Source: Macrostomum lignano (lineage: Eukaryota). From it: a DNA stretch of 64,000 bases. Location of the stretch: positions 186,001 to 250,000 of the forward strand of contig NIVC01000029.1 in NCBI GenBank assembly GCA_002269645.1, written 5' to 3'. The notes below the pieces were generated by a model. The model saw nothing but the letters and a program-made list of their open reading frames with translations. It was not told the origin of the DNA and made no database searches. Every line of letters begins with the position of its first letter. Within the stretch, counting starts at the first letter, position 1. Below are positions 24,391-37,066 of the stretch, one piece after another. The translations under genes and the position numbers were made by a program.

Positions 24391-26519
24391 CACTATACTT
24401 TCCCCATCCAAATTAAATTGTAGAAGCAAAACAATGATTCAATTTATTTGAGAACAAACATTAGGCTATATTGAAGGCCACGCAGGTTATATTTTGTAAT
24501 AATTGCAATAATTTGGCTACAAAAACAATTTTAAAAGTTTTATAGGAGCACCTATCAAAAAGGTGGTATACATAGGCATAAAAGGCAGCATGAATTGTAC
24601 ATATTAATCATTACATTGTATTGCGTTATGATTGATTATGGTTAATGTAAAGAGATTATTAACTGAGATTATTTTTTATTTTAAATGAGTTCCTGATTTT
24701 TGAGCAATTACTTATTACTTGGATATAATGTTGACCAATTGTCATGGAGTTATTTAATTTTTAATAGCGCACAAAATGCTTTAATTCATCTGGCACTTCG
24801 GCAGCTTGTCCTAAAAAGAAGAGTGTCTTTAAAATACCCAACTCCAAAGTGGTTGCATGTGGAGGTTGCGCCGGTAAAGCAGCGGCAGTGCGGCGGGCTA
24901 CTTCGGCAATGGCCTGTTGTCAGGCATTTGCAGTGGCCCCTAGAAAAGCTTCGCGTACATTCGAGGGCCAGTGGCGGCTCAGCTGACTGTGCAGGCCAGC
25001 CCATACAAGCAAGCCAGTCAGCTGGCCAACTGCTTCCTCGCTTACTGTGGTTAGATGGCTCACTTGAGTAAAGGCGTTGACCTGCTGTGGCCGGGTCTTG
25101 ATAGCCGCATTGATTGCGTCAATTAGCTAGGTTCTCATGAACAACCTGGGCGGTGACACGGCTGGCAAAGGATGGTGGAAACGCGGCGTCGGCGGAGTGG
25201 GCAACGTGGGGATATCATCTAAGTTGATGACATCCTGCTGTGGCAGCAGCGTCATCACACCTAAATAATGAGCCGGAGGTGGCAAGTGCAGCTAAGGCAG
25301 AGTGCGCAAGATATCCATCCACGGATCCAACAGAGCCGGTGGTTGCGCGTATGGCACATCCTGTTCTCTGGGAGGCAGCAGGTCCTGCAATGGCGGCAGC
25401 AAGTCTTTGCCAGGCTCTTCCTGAAGGGAGCTGCTTAGGCTGCCCAACAAATTGAGCAGATCGCCAGCAGGCAAATGATCTGCCGGAGTTGCCTGCTGCA
25501 GATGGGCTGGCAAGCGGTGGGCCGGCTGATCTGATGTCGGACTGCTTGGCGGCGCGGTTCCCTCAGTTTTTCGTGCCTGGTAGGCGAGCTGGGGAGATGC
25601 TTCAGCTGTACGTACTCTGTCTTCCTCGTATGCAGACTTCGTCACCTCTGCATAGGAACGCGTCAGTTTCGGCGTAAAACGAAGGCGCGTCATGGCGCAA
25701 GACATATCGTTTACGCATTGACAATGGGTGGTCGGCTGCAGGCTCATGGAAGAGCAATGAGACGGCTCAACCTGCTGAGTCTGTCAGCTCATAAAAGAGC
25801 AGCAAGACTCCTCAGCGGTAAATTTTCGACCGAGATCTAAGCAGTGGCACTCGACTGGGAGGGCTGCTGGAGCGGTGGCCTCCAAATCTTCGTCCAAGTC
25901 AGTCTCCAAACTCTGTAGACCTGATGGCTGTCGTTGGAGAGGGCTGAGGGTACAGTGGCCTCTCGAACTTCATCCAGGCTAGTCTCCTTGAAATGATGGC
26001 GCGTGTGGGTGACTCAGCAGAGGGCTGCTGGAGCGGTGGCCTCTGTGTCTTCATCCAAGCTTGCTGTCTCCTGGCTTTGATGTGAACAGTGGAGAACTCG
26101 GCAGAGGGCTGCTGGTGCGGTGGCCTCTGGTTCGTTGTCGGTCGGTCTCTGCCTTCGGATCGCAATTTTGGGTCTTGATTGAGAGGGCTGCTGGTGCAGT
26201 GGCCTCTGAATCGATGCCCGGATCAGTTTCCCGAAAGTGGCGGCACTCACGCTGAGCGGTGTCTCCTGTCTCCTCGCGGTGGTAAGCCAGGACAGCGTCG
26301 ACGTCTTGGAGTACTCCGTAATCGCATTCTAACGGAGGCGTGTCTGGGCGTCTGGATAGCGCGTCGGCGTTGGTGTGGTCAGTGTACCCTTGCGATGGGA
26401 GATGGTAAACTGAAATTCGCTGATCCTCTGGACCCATCGACCTAGAATCCCTGTAGATTCAGTTTGACATAACAGCCAGAGCAAGGCCTTATGGTTGCTT
26501 CTTTCTTCAAATTTCTTTC

Positions 26520-28735
26520 TGATGTAACCACGCTCTGGTCGCGGGATAGGGCATGGGAACTTTTTCGAAAGTGCCTCCTATCCCGTGCACCCTCTGCACA
26601 GAGCTGTCGAGACTCGGCCAGGTCTCCGACCGGGCCTGGAGACTCCCGCTCTGCTGCACCCCTCCTGCTGCCTTGGTCCCGTCTCTCCTGCCGCCACACC
26701 TGCCTTTCCGGAGCCCCTACCCTTTCTGTACCTCCCCCTCTACCCTATCTCTTCTGTTCCCGCCCTATTCTTCCTGTACTTTCTCTACCTCCTCCTTTTT
26801 TTGTCTCCCTCTGCACTCTTTTCCTGCGCTGTCCCCTCTTTCCCTGTGTCTACTTACAGTACTTTGTGTGCTCACCGTCTCCCCATCCCCTCTCAAACTC
26901 CCAAACGGTGACGCAAGTCGTGTGACCCCTTCTCCCCCTCGGTGACTCATCGATGACTCATCCCCCTCTCTTGCGCAACCTTTTCTCACGCTATTGTTCT
27001 CCTTCCCAAATTTCTCATGTGACACCCACCCCACCTCCGCTTCTATTGTTCTCGTTTTTGCTTCTTTTGTTCTCTCGACCCCACCAATTATCACATTTTC
27101 TCCGATTTTCTCTTTCTTTTGTTCTCGTTTTCGCACCTAATTATCACCGTTTCTCCAATGTTTACTTTTCCATTGTTCTCAGTTTTCCCCAATTATCCCC
27201 GATTTCCAATTCCTTTGTTCTCGACCCCAGCCCTATTGTTCTCAATGTTTGCTTGCGCAACACTGTCGCGACCACCCGCTGCGCCAATTATCCCCCCACC
27301 CCACCTCCGGATTGCGCAATTTCCCGATTTCTCATGTTGCTATGCCGGTCTCATGCTTCTCATCATGACTCATTCTGACGTCATTCTGCCGGCAGCCAAT
27401 CAGAGAGAGGGAGCCATGGTAACGACCTTGAGGAGGCGGCTGTGAGGTCTATAAAAGGAAGCGATTTCGGCATGAGAATACTCAACTGAGTTTATCTCTG
27501 TTCCTCTCCTCGTCCTTCTTTGGACTTGCTGTCAGATTGAGTTCTGACCCATTCGTCTATAAGACGAATCCCTGCCGGTCCGCGGTCTGTTACCGCCAAG
27601 TTATCCTTAGCTCCCCAAGTGAGCTCGCCTATCGGCCAGCGGTCTGATACCGCCCAGCATCATCAGCATCGCCTGATCTACATCAGCGCCTCGTCGCTCC
27701 AGCGCATCGCCGCTTCACCGTCTGCCTGACTGCAGCCTACAGCCGCCCTCGGTCACTCCGCCTCTCTCTCTCTCTGTGCAGCTGCCGGTAAGTTCCTACT
27801 ACTAATTTGTGCTCCAATTGCCTTTGCTTATCCGGGGTTTTGCCTATTTTCCATTGTCTGATTAGAGAGCTGAGCCAATTGTGATACCGTATCTTTTGCT
27901 GTATTTTACTCAATAGTGAAGCCGCCTAATTGCCTGACTATTTGCCTAAGGGCCTAATTATTAACTATTAACTAACTTCATCATTATTCAATCTTTCACC
28001 ATCATTTCACTCATGGCTTGCTAAGCCTTTCTCCCGGGGTGGCAAAGCATAAGGAAGTTTGGGTAAGCTAATGGCCTCTCCCCGTGCAAAGCCCGCCTGT
28101 GAGGGCGTGCTGCGGGGCCGCGTGTGCGTGCAGTAGAGGGATTAGCGAGTCTTGGCACAGAATGGCAGTAGGAAGGTTGCAACCCCATGCTAACGCGTCC
28201 CTTCGCCCTGAGCAATCTAAACTGTAGACAGTACATGTTCGCCTCATACTACTCTTAGTAATCAAAGTCGCAAGTCAGCCTCGCTCACAGCCACAAAGGA
28301 TCCCCTGCTGAGAAATCCTCCAGGATTGAGCCCAGAGTTCCCGATCATGCCCCAAGCAGAGTCCCTGTACTCGGCTGCATGCGTCTCCCCTGTTAGCCTA
28401 AATCCCCTGGTAACCAATCCAGGCGGGGCTCTAGCCTCGAGAGGTCTGGTAGAAAGATCCAGGTGCGCCAGGTCACATAGAGTGGTGGCAGCCACTCGGT
28501 CATACTATGACCGAGTGACCAACTATTGCACCTTGGCTACAGGTGGGGTCCATGTGGGTCCTTGGCCCTCTGGTCACGAAGCGCTACCAAAGCTACTAAT
28601 CATGTGGGCGGGACAGTCTGGTGCTGGAGGTCCGTCAGGTCATTGCCCGGTCATAGGCAGCCTACGGTCATTGCCCCCTCTAGTCATGCGTTCGTCTCTC
28701 TACGGAGCGGACAGGCGACAAGGGCGGTTACATCA
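26520..28735 (+). mobile_element. 2216-bp solo LTR (TG..CA element) inserted in the gypsy RNase H
   Basis: 10-bp inverted termini TGATGTAACC / GGTTACATCA and a 4-bp TSD TTTC (26516-19, 28736-39). Excision restores the frame YLIG-KKFEERSNHKAL. Confidence 0.87.
27366..27460 (+). promoter_or_regulatory. LTR U3 core promoter (AP-1-like, CCAAT, TATA)
   Basis: TGACTCA (~27366; two more at ~26943-26960), GCCAATCAG (~27395) and CTATAAAAG (~27449), all inside the solo LTR. Confidence 0.5.
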
Positions 28736-30990
28736 TTTCCTATTAAGTAATCTCGAAAGTGTCGCATGGTATCGACAATTGCCAGTAGCTCCCGCTTGGT
28801 GACCGTGTAGCAAACTTCTAGGTCATGGAGCTTGCAACTGAAGAATGCGATCGAATGTTCTATTCCATCGGATTGCAGTTGTCCTAGACATGCACCGATT
28901 CAGGTGTCGGATGCGTTGGTATCCAGGATGAACTTGACCTTCAGATCCTCATTGAACTCTGGGAGGGCGAGTACTTCGGTTGAGCATAGCTTGCTCTTCA
29001 GAGTTTTAAAGGCAGTCTGGTGCTGCTGCGTCCAATGACGCTGGAATCCTTGCAGGTCCTTGCATGTCAATGCGTGTAACGGGGCAGCAATACCCAAGTA
29101 ATCCTCGACAAACTTCTTGTAGTAATTGGCGAGACCAAGAAAGCTTCGTAGTTGACGAACAGTCCGAGGCGGTGGCCAACTGCGTATCTGCGCGATCTTG
29201 TCTTCACTAGTTTGTAGGCCTTCTGGCGTAATCACGTGGCCTAGATAAAGGAGCTCCTTAAATAAATGGCATTTCTTTGGTTTTAGCTTCAAGTTGGTGG
29301 CTATAATTTGGTTTAGAACTTGTCGTAGACGGTCTAAGTGATCTTCGAATGTCACTGCGTGTACAACGATATTGTCCATGTAACCAAGAGCGGCCTGTGG
29401 TGTCCATCAAGCAGTTGGTTGATACAACACTGGAACGATCCGGGGCTGCAGTGAGTCCCATTGGTAGCACCTTGAAGCAGAATTGTCCGCGATCGAGCAC
29501 AGAGAAGGCAGTGATGTCCTGGTCTTCCTTGCAGAGAGGGATCTGGTAGAAGCCTTGTACCAGGTCGAGGCTTGAGTACCACTGCGCTCCTTTGAGTTTG
29601 GCAAAAGTTTTCTGAATGTGCGGGATTGGGTACAGGTGCTTTAGCATCACTTCGTTGATCGCTCTGAAGTTGTGCACAATGCGAATTGTCTTGTCCTTCT
29701 TTGGTACTAGGATCATCGGCGAATTGTAGCTGGAGTACATTGGCCGTATGATGCCTTTTTTCAGCATATCATCGAGCATCTGATCCAATTGCGGTCGTAG
29801 ATGCGGAGGTATCCGGCGAGGAGGAATTGCGATCGGCGTCGAGTCTGTGAGCACTATCTCATGAGTTACCAGATGTGTCAGTCCATGGTCCAACGGAGTT
29901 AGGGAGAATGCCTTCTCGCATTCCTTGAGTAAATCTTGAACCTGGTGCCTCTGGTGGCTGTTCAGCTGGTCTCTGATGTCGACCTTGTTGATCCAACTGT
30001 CAGTCGTTTCTTCAGTCGTTATCAGTTGATGGACTTCTGGCTCATTCAACTCGCTGAAGTACTCGAGGTCCTGGGTCTTGAGTGGCATAGCTACTCCCAT
30101 TAGCATGTTGCGACGCAAGTGAACCTCTGTATCTGATGGGTTGAGTACTTCCATCACTCCTCAACCTTCTGTCATCGTATGCAGGACCGGGGCTGTGTCT
30201 AACTGGTGATTCTTCACTCGCAGTCCTGATTTGAGTGGTTCGATAATCATCGGTGAACCGTAGTTCTGCTGATGACCTTCGGCTAGCTTAATGGCGACGA
30301 GGCAGGAACATTGGGGCGGCAGAGTGCATTTTTCAGCGACATACACTTGGCAGGCCTTCAGTTCTGCTAATGTTGCTTAAATTGTGATATATTTTTAAGG
30401 CCACTAAAATTTGTACTAGTATATTAGTGAAGACTCAGTGTCTATAGATGTTTTGTTAGATTTAAAGTAAGACTGAATTAAGGTGCTAATGAAAAAAGAG
30501 CTTTGTTTATAGAACTTATTTGTTGTCATTTGTGCTTGTCTTAAGCCAAAGCTCAGGCATGTTAAGCTGCTTAATAGCAATTGTATTGTCATGTGAGTTT
30601 TGCATAAGCTAAAATATACAAATAAAGGCTTAATTATTTTTGCAAGTGTGAACTTGAACAGCAGTTGGTGCTTTGCAAAAAGCCCAAATATTGATAAAAG
30701 GTTAAAAACAGATAATAAACTCACTTTGCAACTCATTACAATTTATTAAAAATGACAATAGCAAGCTTTTTTAAGGTTTTAGGTGCTTTTTTATGCACTG
30801 CTAGATTGAAGTTTATAAGCCATTTTCAGTAGCTATAAAGCAATCATAATGGCTTATAGTTTATAATTTAAATATTATAATAATAATGTTCTCGAAATTT
30901 CAAAGCTAATTACAAAATAATAATTGTGGCACATTACTGCCTATTCTGCCAACTCTCTTGAGCAGTCACAAAAGGATTTAAATACATATT

Positions 30991-31150
30991 TGCAGTCATA
31001 CGCACAGACACACTCACACACGAGGGTACAGCAGCCCCAACTTTATTTATAGTTAGGCATGTACATTTCATTGTGCCTTGGGGGTTGGCACTCAAGCTGG
31101 ACAATAATTGCACAAACAGAGCCAAGCCGAAATTCCAAGTTAGTCCCAAA
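30991..31150 (-). mobile_element. Partial copy of the tRNA-derived SINE
   Basis: Shares TAGGCATGTACA, GCACAAACAGAGCCAAGCCGAAATTCCAA and the CA-rich block with 1225-1559. Confidence 0.6.
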
Positions 31151-31243
31151 TGAGTCCTCTCATGCCAAATAGCCAATTCGCATATCTAATAATTTCCGGT
31201 TTTTAATAGTCTACTCAACTCGCAACTTCTGAACAGTTTCTCA

Positions 31244-31621
31244 ATGTCGGCACTGAAATCCAGCAAACTAACAACAATCGCGCCGGCGATAATTCATTCT
31301 ACTGGTCGCTTCAAATACATCCTAATCCGTATTGTTGATCCAGAAACTCGCGAGAATGTTAACGTGGTTCGGGGTCATCCGAAATTCCCCTATCACGCTG
31401 ATATTTATGACGATTGTTCGGCTGACTGGCTGAAGCAGGGTCTCACGTCCGAGTGTCGGGGCGGCGGTCGAATTGAATGGACCAGCGACGGTGCTGGACT
31501 TTGCGTCTACGGCTATTCTCAGGGCTTTGGTCGAGCCAATCACGAAGAGGCTAAAGCCGCTATCGCCAAGTCTTATCCGAATCTTAATATTAGCGTGGAC
31601 AATGACCCTGCTAGATATTGA
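31244..31621 (+). CDS. PHPT1: 14-kDa phosphohistidine phosphatase (Janus/Ocnus family), intronless
   Basis: GRFKYILI, VRG...YHADIYD (catalytic His), ECRGGGRI, VYGYSQGFGRANH; 125 aa. Confidence 0.95.
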   Translation: MSALKSSKLTTIAPAIIHSTGRFKYILIRIVDPETRENVNVVRGHPKFPYHADIYDDCSADWLKQGLTSECRGGGRIEWTSDGAGLCVYGYSQGFGRANHEEAKAAIAKSYPNLNISVDNDPARY

Positions 31622-31704
31622 CTACTATTGCAGAATCCATTTTTATAATTTAATATTTATTCAAAAAAGACTCATGATTATAAAGCATAGCAACAAATTG
31701 AAGC

Positions 31705-31937
31705 ATTAAAGGGCCCAGCAACCAACTAAAGCTTTATTCAAAGGGCCTAGCAACCAACTGAAGCTTTAATCAAAGAGCCCAGCAACCAACTGAAGCTTTA
31801 ATCACAGGGCCTAGCAACCAGCTGAAGCTTTAATCAAAGGGCCTAGCAACCAGCTGAAGCTTTAATCAAAGGGCCCAGCAACCAACTGAAGCTTTAATCA
31901 CAGGGCCTAGCAACCAGCTGAAGCTTTAATCAAAGGG
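31705..31937. repeat. 32-bp minisatellite, ~7 copies, 3' of PHPT1
   Basis: Unit CC(C/T)AGCAACCA(A/G)CTGAAGCTTTAATCA(A/C)AGGG. Confidence 0.93.
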
Positions 31938-32602
31938 AATCTGTGCAGTTTATTCAATATTAATCTTACACGCATTTTGGTTGTTCCTACGTGTGAAGTA
32001 AAACAGATTTTAATAAATGTCTGCACATAGACAACTACAGTAGGGCGCTACTAAATTACTTTCATTTTCTTAGAAATGTGCAGGAGGCCGACTAGGAATG
32101 TACATATCTGTTATATCGTTATTGCATCGGATTCTTCTCGACCGAATTCGTCTATGGCGAAACCCCATTCAGCTCGATGTGTTATCCAGAGCATAGTAAA
32201 TGCACTGGCGATACAACAAATGCGCGTTCCTTACAGGCCTACCACTACAGTTGATCATGCTTCGGCAAGCTACTGGCAATTGAATGCTTCTCAAACTATG
32301 GGAAATTGTAGCACCAAATATATATATATATACTATTCACGATTTAGTGCCCGAAATTTTATTGCTATAAAATGTTAATTTGTGTTTTTTTTTAATTTTA
32401 GGCTAATTTTTCAACTTTAAAAGCTAACCTAAAACCCTAACCTAACAATCCACTAGCACGTAGGTTAAAAGTTATATTCTAAAATTTTGAATTTCCATAC
32501 TATCTTATCTAATTGGAGTCTAAGCCTCTAAGGTCATACAGTACAGAATCATAAACACGCTCACACAGGGTGTACACAGCGGCCCAGACTTTTTAATCCT
32601 GT

Positions 32603-33030
32603 CCACAGATACTAAATAACTAGATAGGCCACTCAGGCACATATACTTAGTAAAACAGCTTTCTACTTTCAGTTCAGTAGCAAAGAAGAATACATAAGCT
32701 ATTTTATCAAAAAAAACAGCTGAAATGACTTATTAATTTTAAAAGCCCAAGCTTGCAGGCGTAAATAACTTGCTAATTGGTTCAGCAATAATGTACATTA
32801 GCCAGTCCACTGAAATGTACATGGCAGCTTTAGTCTGGAATTCCAAGAAAGGCAATAAAAGTTGGGGCGGGTGGAGGTTTAAGCTGGGGGGGGGGGGGTA
32901 AGAGCCAATAAATGAGCCTTGGCTTTACAAATGCATTAAAATGCTTCTGTTTAATAACTTACTACTGAACTGAAATTAGCTTACACGCAAATGTGCTGAG
33001 TGACCTATCTAGTTATTGTAGTATCTGTGA
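32603..33030. mobile_element. MITE family A, copy 1
   Basis: TIRs CACAGATACTAAATAACTAGATAGG / CCTATCTAGTTATTGTAGTATCTGTG; the body matches 40245-40682 (inverted) and 44974-45404. Confidence 0.85.
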
Positions 33031-33040
33031 TGTCCTGACG

Positions 33041-33195
33041 GGCTCTGGGATTGGCCCTCATGGCACAACCCCAGCTGGGCAATTTTCGTGCACACAAGCC
33101 CGAAATGATGAAAAGTAGCCGCGCACAGAATCGAACCAAGGCGGTCGTGTGGCGCGAGAGTCAGACCCATTTACCGATGATCTTAGCTGGGCCTA
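33041..33195 (-). mobile_element. tRNA-like SINE head just upstream of MIS12
   Basis: Minus strand reads GGCCCAGCTAAGATCATCGG...GGTTCGATTCTG (B-box GGTTCGATTC); no intact cloverleaf. Confidence 0.45.
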
Positions 33196-33225
33196 CAGCA
33201 GTCACTAATTTTTAAACTTCACTTC

Positions 33226-33822
33226 ATGGCCTCCTCGCCGAAAATTAGCAAGCTCGCCAACGAGGCGGCTGACTCCGACCGAATGGAAACAGATGCCGGG
33301 AACTCTGCGTCGCCGATGCCGCTAGAAGTGGCCCAATCCGATGCTGCTGCTTTCATTGGCGTGGCGCCGCAGCGACTGACTCGGCGCTTACGCGACGCGC
33401 TCCTACGAGAAGGCGCCGTTCTAGTAGACGGCCGTCTGTCTACTAAAAAATTGGAAAGTTTTCAACGCTATTTAGAATCGATTGTCGATACGAAAATTGA
33501 CGCTTTGGACGAGCGACTGATCTGCGATGTTTTGGCTGTGTCCGAGTCGGCCGAATTGCCCGGATTTGAAGGCGTCCGGCCGCACTCGGACGAGCAGGCG
33601 GTCGCTTTGCGTCGGTCGCTTAGTCGACTGGAGGCTCAAGCGGCCGAGCTTCGACATCGGCGTGCCGAATTGCGAGAACGTCTGCAACAGTGCGCCGAGC
33701 TCAGCAACTGGCTTCGACAATTGCGCTCGCTTGCCCTCGCTGCTCCGCTCGAAGATCTGGCCAAGCGGGCGGCTGTTGCTCGCGATTTAAATCGACAGCT
33801 AATTGGTGATACTCAACGCTAA
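33226..33822 (+). CDS. MIS12: Kinetochore protein Mis12-like, intronless
   Basis: FIGVAPQRL resembles Mis12 FFGFTPQT; KLESFQRYLESIVDTKIDALDERLICDVLAV and PHSDEQAVALRRSLSRLE align with the Mis12 head and coiled coil; 198 aa is a typical size. Confidence 0.72.
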   Translation: MASSPKISKLANEAADSDRMETDAGNSASPMPLEVAQSDAAAFIGVAPQRLTRRLRDALLREGAVLVDGRLSTKKLESFQRYLESIVDTKIDALDERLICDVLAVSESAELPGFEGVRPHSDEQAVALRRSLSRLEAQAAELRHRRAELRERLQQCAELSNWLRQLRSLALAAPLEDLAKRAAVARDLNRQLIGDTQR

Positions 33823-36800
33823 TCTATCTACTGACGTTAGTAAGTAGGCTAGTAGCGAGTTTTGTTGAATTTATTTGACTTATTTTTATAGTTCTGCATT
33901 TGATAATAAGGTAGTATTTTGAAAATTACTGTGTAGTATAATGTAAAATTATCTATCTAAATTTCAAGCTGTATCGTAAGCATTTTTCGGTTTGTGCTCA
34001 AAGTTATCCTATTTTGTTTTCTAATGTGTTGACAACATTAAATTTTAATTGTCGATCCTTTTTACCTGTACCGCTGTAGTGTACATTGATCATACGATTT
34101 TTGTATTTTTCTTGTTTTAAAATACATGTATATTAATGCATTCATAGTTTCAAAGTTCAAATTCAAATTTTTAATTTCTAGCTTTTCGGCTTTTCCTAAG
34201 ACTGAACAGGGTTACCGCACACAAGTTTCGATTATGCAGTGAGTTTTTGTTCGTAGTTACATGTATAGTAGGAATTACAGTATACACATTGCAGTTCTTG
34301 TCGTCGTTTTCAAGCAGCTGAGGCTATAGTGCAGTACTAAACTTGTGAGATACTACCTACATGTACCCTAGAAGTTACCACGGAAACAGTGGCCTTTAGA
34401 TACTGTTGTTAACTTCATGTCCATGCATTGACCTAACGAGTTTATTTATCATGTTGTGTTCTTGGAGTGTTTAATTTTAAGCATGCATGCAAAATATATT
34501 TGATCGGAGTCGCATGTACATAAATTAGATAATGGATTCCAGAATCAGATAATGCGATAGGAAGCTCATCAATCCAACGCCCTCCAAATTTAGTTGTAAT
34601 ACATGTATTCATGTAAAAAATACATCCATTCAAGTTGCAAGAAAAAATTTTAGTTAAAAAATTATTATTAAAAACCATGAAAAATAAAATTCTGCGTCAA
34701 TATTTTGTTAAAATAACTATTTTCTAGCCAGAATTTTAACGGAAGGTTGCTTTCTTGGAATAGCTTGTGCTGTCTCTGTCTCGTCCGCAGTAAGCTCAGG
34801 AAATAGGTATTAGGCAATATGTAGGCCTAAAAAATAATGGATTCATCCATTGAAACTTTAACCTAAGACCTATGCTATAAACTTGAAATCCTTTGTAATT
34901 GTCAAGCGTTATCCTAATCCTTTATGCTTCGTATATTATCAAGATTACTTATATGCAGTTACCAGTATGCATTTATGCATATCCGAATAGATTTTTTATT
35001 TCTCTTTGTATATGTTGTCAGTGCTGAATATATATGACTTTTCACAAAAATTGCTTCCAGAACAAGACAAAAATTCGATTCCAGAATCAGAATTGGTGGG
35101 AAAATGAAAAGCTTCGATTCCCTTCAAACCCATTTTATGTTTGTCAATCTTTACAATTTAATTTTGTCTTTCCTAGACTTTGTTTCTTCTTAAATATGAC
35201 AAAAAACAGAATAATAAAAAATTGACAATTTCAAATATATTTTACTGTTTAACTATAAACATCCAAATTCTAGAACCAGAACACAGTTCTGGAACAGATT
35301 CTAAAAATAGAACAGGCAATATGAAAACCTCAAAACTAATTCTGGTTCTGGAATTGGTCAAATTAAAAGCCTATATAGGGCATAGGCCTATGCACATTTT
35401 ATAGGCATAAAACAATTTTTTTGCATTTTTGAAGTCTTTGATTTAAACCATTTTGCAGATGGTGGGGTGTATTCCAGCGTATACTTGATTTCCATGGACC
35501 GTGGCATATGCCATATACCAGCGTACATTTCTTGGCTGTGTAGGCCCTATAGTGTGGTGTACAGTGTGGTGTATGGCGACTGGCGTAGAAATTAATATAC
35601 AGAATTTTTTGAGCTTTTTCTGTGTTAAGTTATTTCAAAAACCATTTTTTCTGTTACTATTTTCTCATTTACCAATCATTTTAATTACTGGAATTGCCAC
35701 AACAATCGTCATGTTATTATTAATTTTTTGTAGTTTAAATTTAAATATTTTCCGATTTTTTTACTGTTTTTTAAGTTGGCGTACATTTAAAATCTGTTGG
35801 CATAGTTGAAAATTCAATAAAAATGTATCCAGCGTACATAGAAAACCTTCCACAATATGGGATTTAAAATGAAAGCAATAATAATTATTTTTGGTCTATA
35901 AGAACTGTCTACTATTCTTCATTATTGACACTTAGTTTTATTTTAATTTTACTATTATAGTAAAAAATTATTACCTTTATGATCTTTTTTATAGTTTGTT
36001 CTACCCTTACAATAAATGAAATTGAAATACCAAATATTTCATTGAATCAATACTTGTTCTAAATTCCTAATTGTAGTCTTTTTGCCAAAATGTCTCTCTC
36101 TTTGACTTTGTCACTGATATGACAAATACTATTGCAAAAAAATTATCTGGCCAAAAATTATTGCCAAAGTATCTATCACCAAAATGTCTTGTTGCCAAAA
36201 TGACTAGTAGCCACCAAGAATTGCCTATTAAAATTTGCCTATAGTGCAATTTGCCTGCAACTAAATTGCCAATAAGCAAATTTTCTACCAAAGCTTGCTT
36301 GCAATACTTTTTTCCTACAGTGCATTTTCTTATAGTTAGGCCTAGAAAGATAGCCTTTTTCATAGAAAATTCTGGCACAAAAGGGTATTAAACATATGAT
36401 GCAATGCTGCATTCCAGTGCAAAAGCCCATAGTTTGGAGAGTGACATGTATGCTAGGAATTCTTGGCATATAACTAGGATACTAACAATTTTAAATTTTG
36501 TGCCTTAAAAACCTTTTTTCTTAATTTTCAACAAAAAATATTTAGATATTTTCTTTCTAATTGGCTTTTCTCAGTGCATGTTGCAAAAGTGCATAATTTT
36601 TAAGTTTGTTACTTTGCATGAATAATGAATTCAAGAATGAAAAAAGTATACAACTTTGGTATACATAGTTGAAAACATTTTTTGTCCTAGTGTACAAATG
36701 TGATCCTGTACTTTTTCCCCCCTTTGACCTGGTATATACTAAAACACAATCCAAACTATGGGCAATAGCATGCAGGGATAGGAGAAATCTGGTGCAGTAT

Positions 36801-37066
36801 GGCACAAGACAAAAAATTAGAGCCATTTAGCACAAGACAAAAATTGCACCTTGACAAAAACTTTTAACAAAACTTTTGCAAATAGGAAATTAGCCATTTT
36901 TGTTCACCAGTATATTGGCAGCTTTTTCTATTATAATATGACATTTAATGTATTAACATTTTATTTTATATTAAACTGATTCAATTACAAGTTTTTCCAG
37001 TATTTTCTATTTGAATTTTTGTGTTATTATGTTTTTTTACAAAAAAGTTCTTTCATATAGTGTAAG

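Larger units (their letters stand above)
24761..30355 (-). mobile_element. Decayed Ty3/gypsy LTR retrotransposon (pol linker-RT-RNase H; gag, protease and integrase missing), split by a nested insertion
   Basis: RT motifs YNSPMILVPKK, NFRAIN, LDLVQGFYQIP, PMGL (frameshift), MDNIVV, YLGHVI, FLGLANYY. RNase H motifs FILDTNAS, RELLAIV, HFRDYLIG | KKFEERSNHKALLWL, GRWVQRISEFQFTISHRKG, NADALSRRP. Confidence 0.92.

Noticed and set aside
25858-26207. CRISPR-like repeat-spacer pattern (26-bp cores, ~55-bp linkers)
   Set aside because: The context is eukaryotic with no cas genes, the cores are degenerate, the linkers are partly related, and the array reads as a peptide repeat inside a gypsy element.
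26442-28802. Numerous 65-160-aa ORFs in both directions
   Set aside because: They fall inside the GC-rich, pyrimidine-skewed solo LTR and have no domain signatures.
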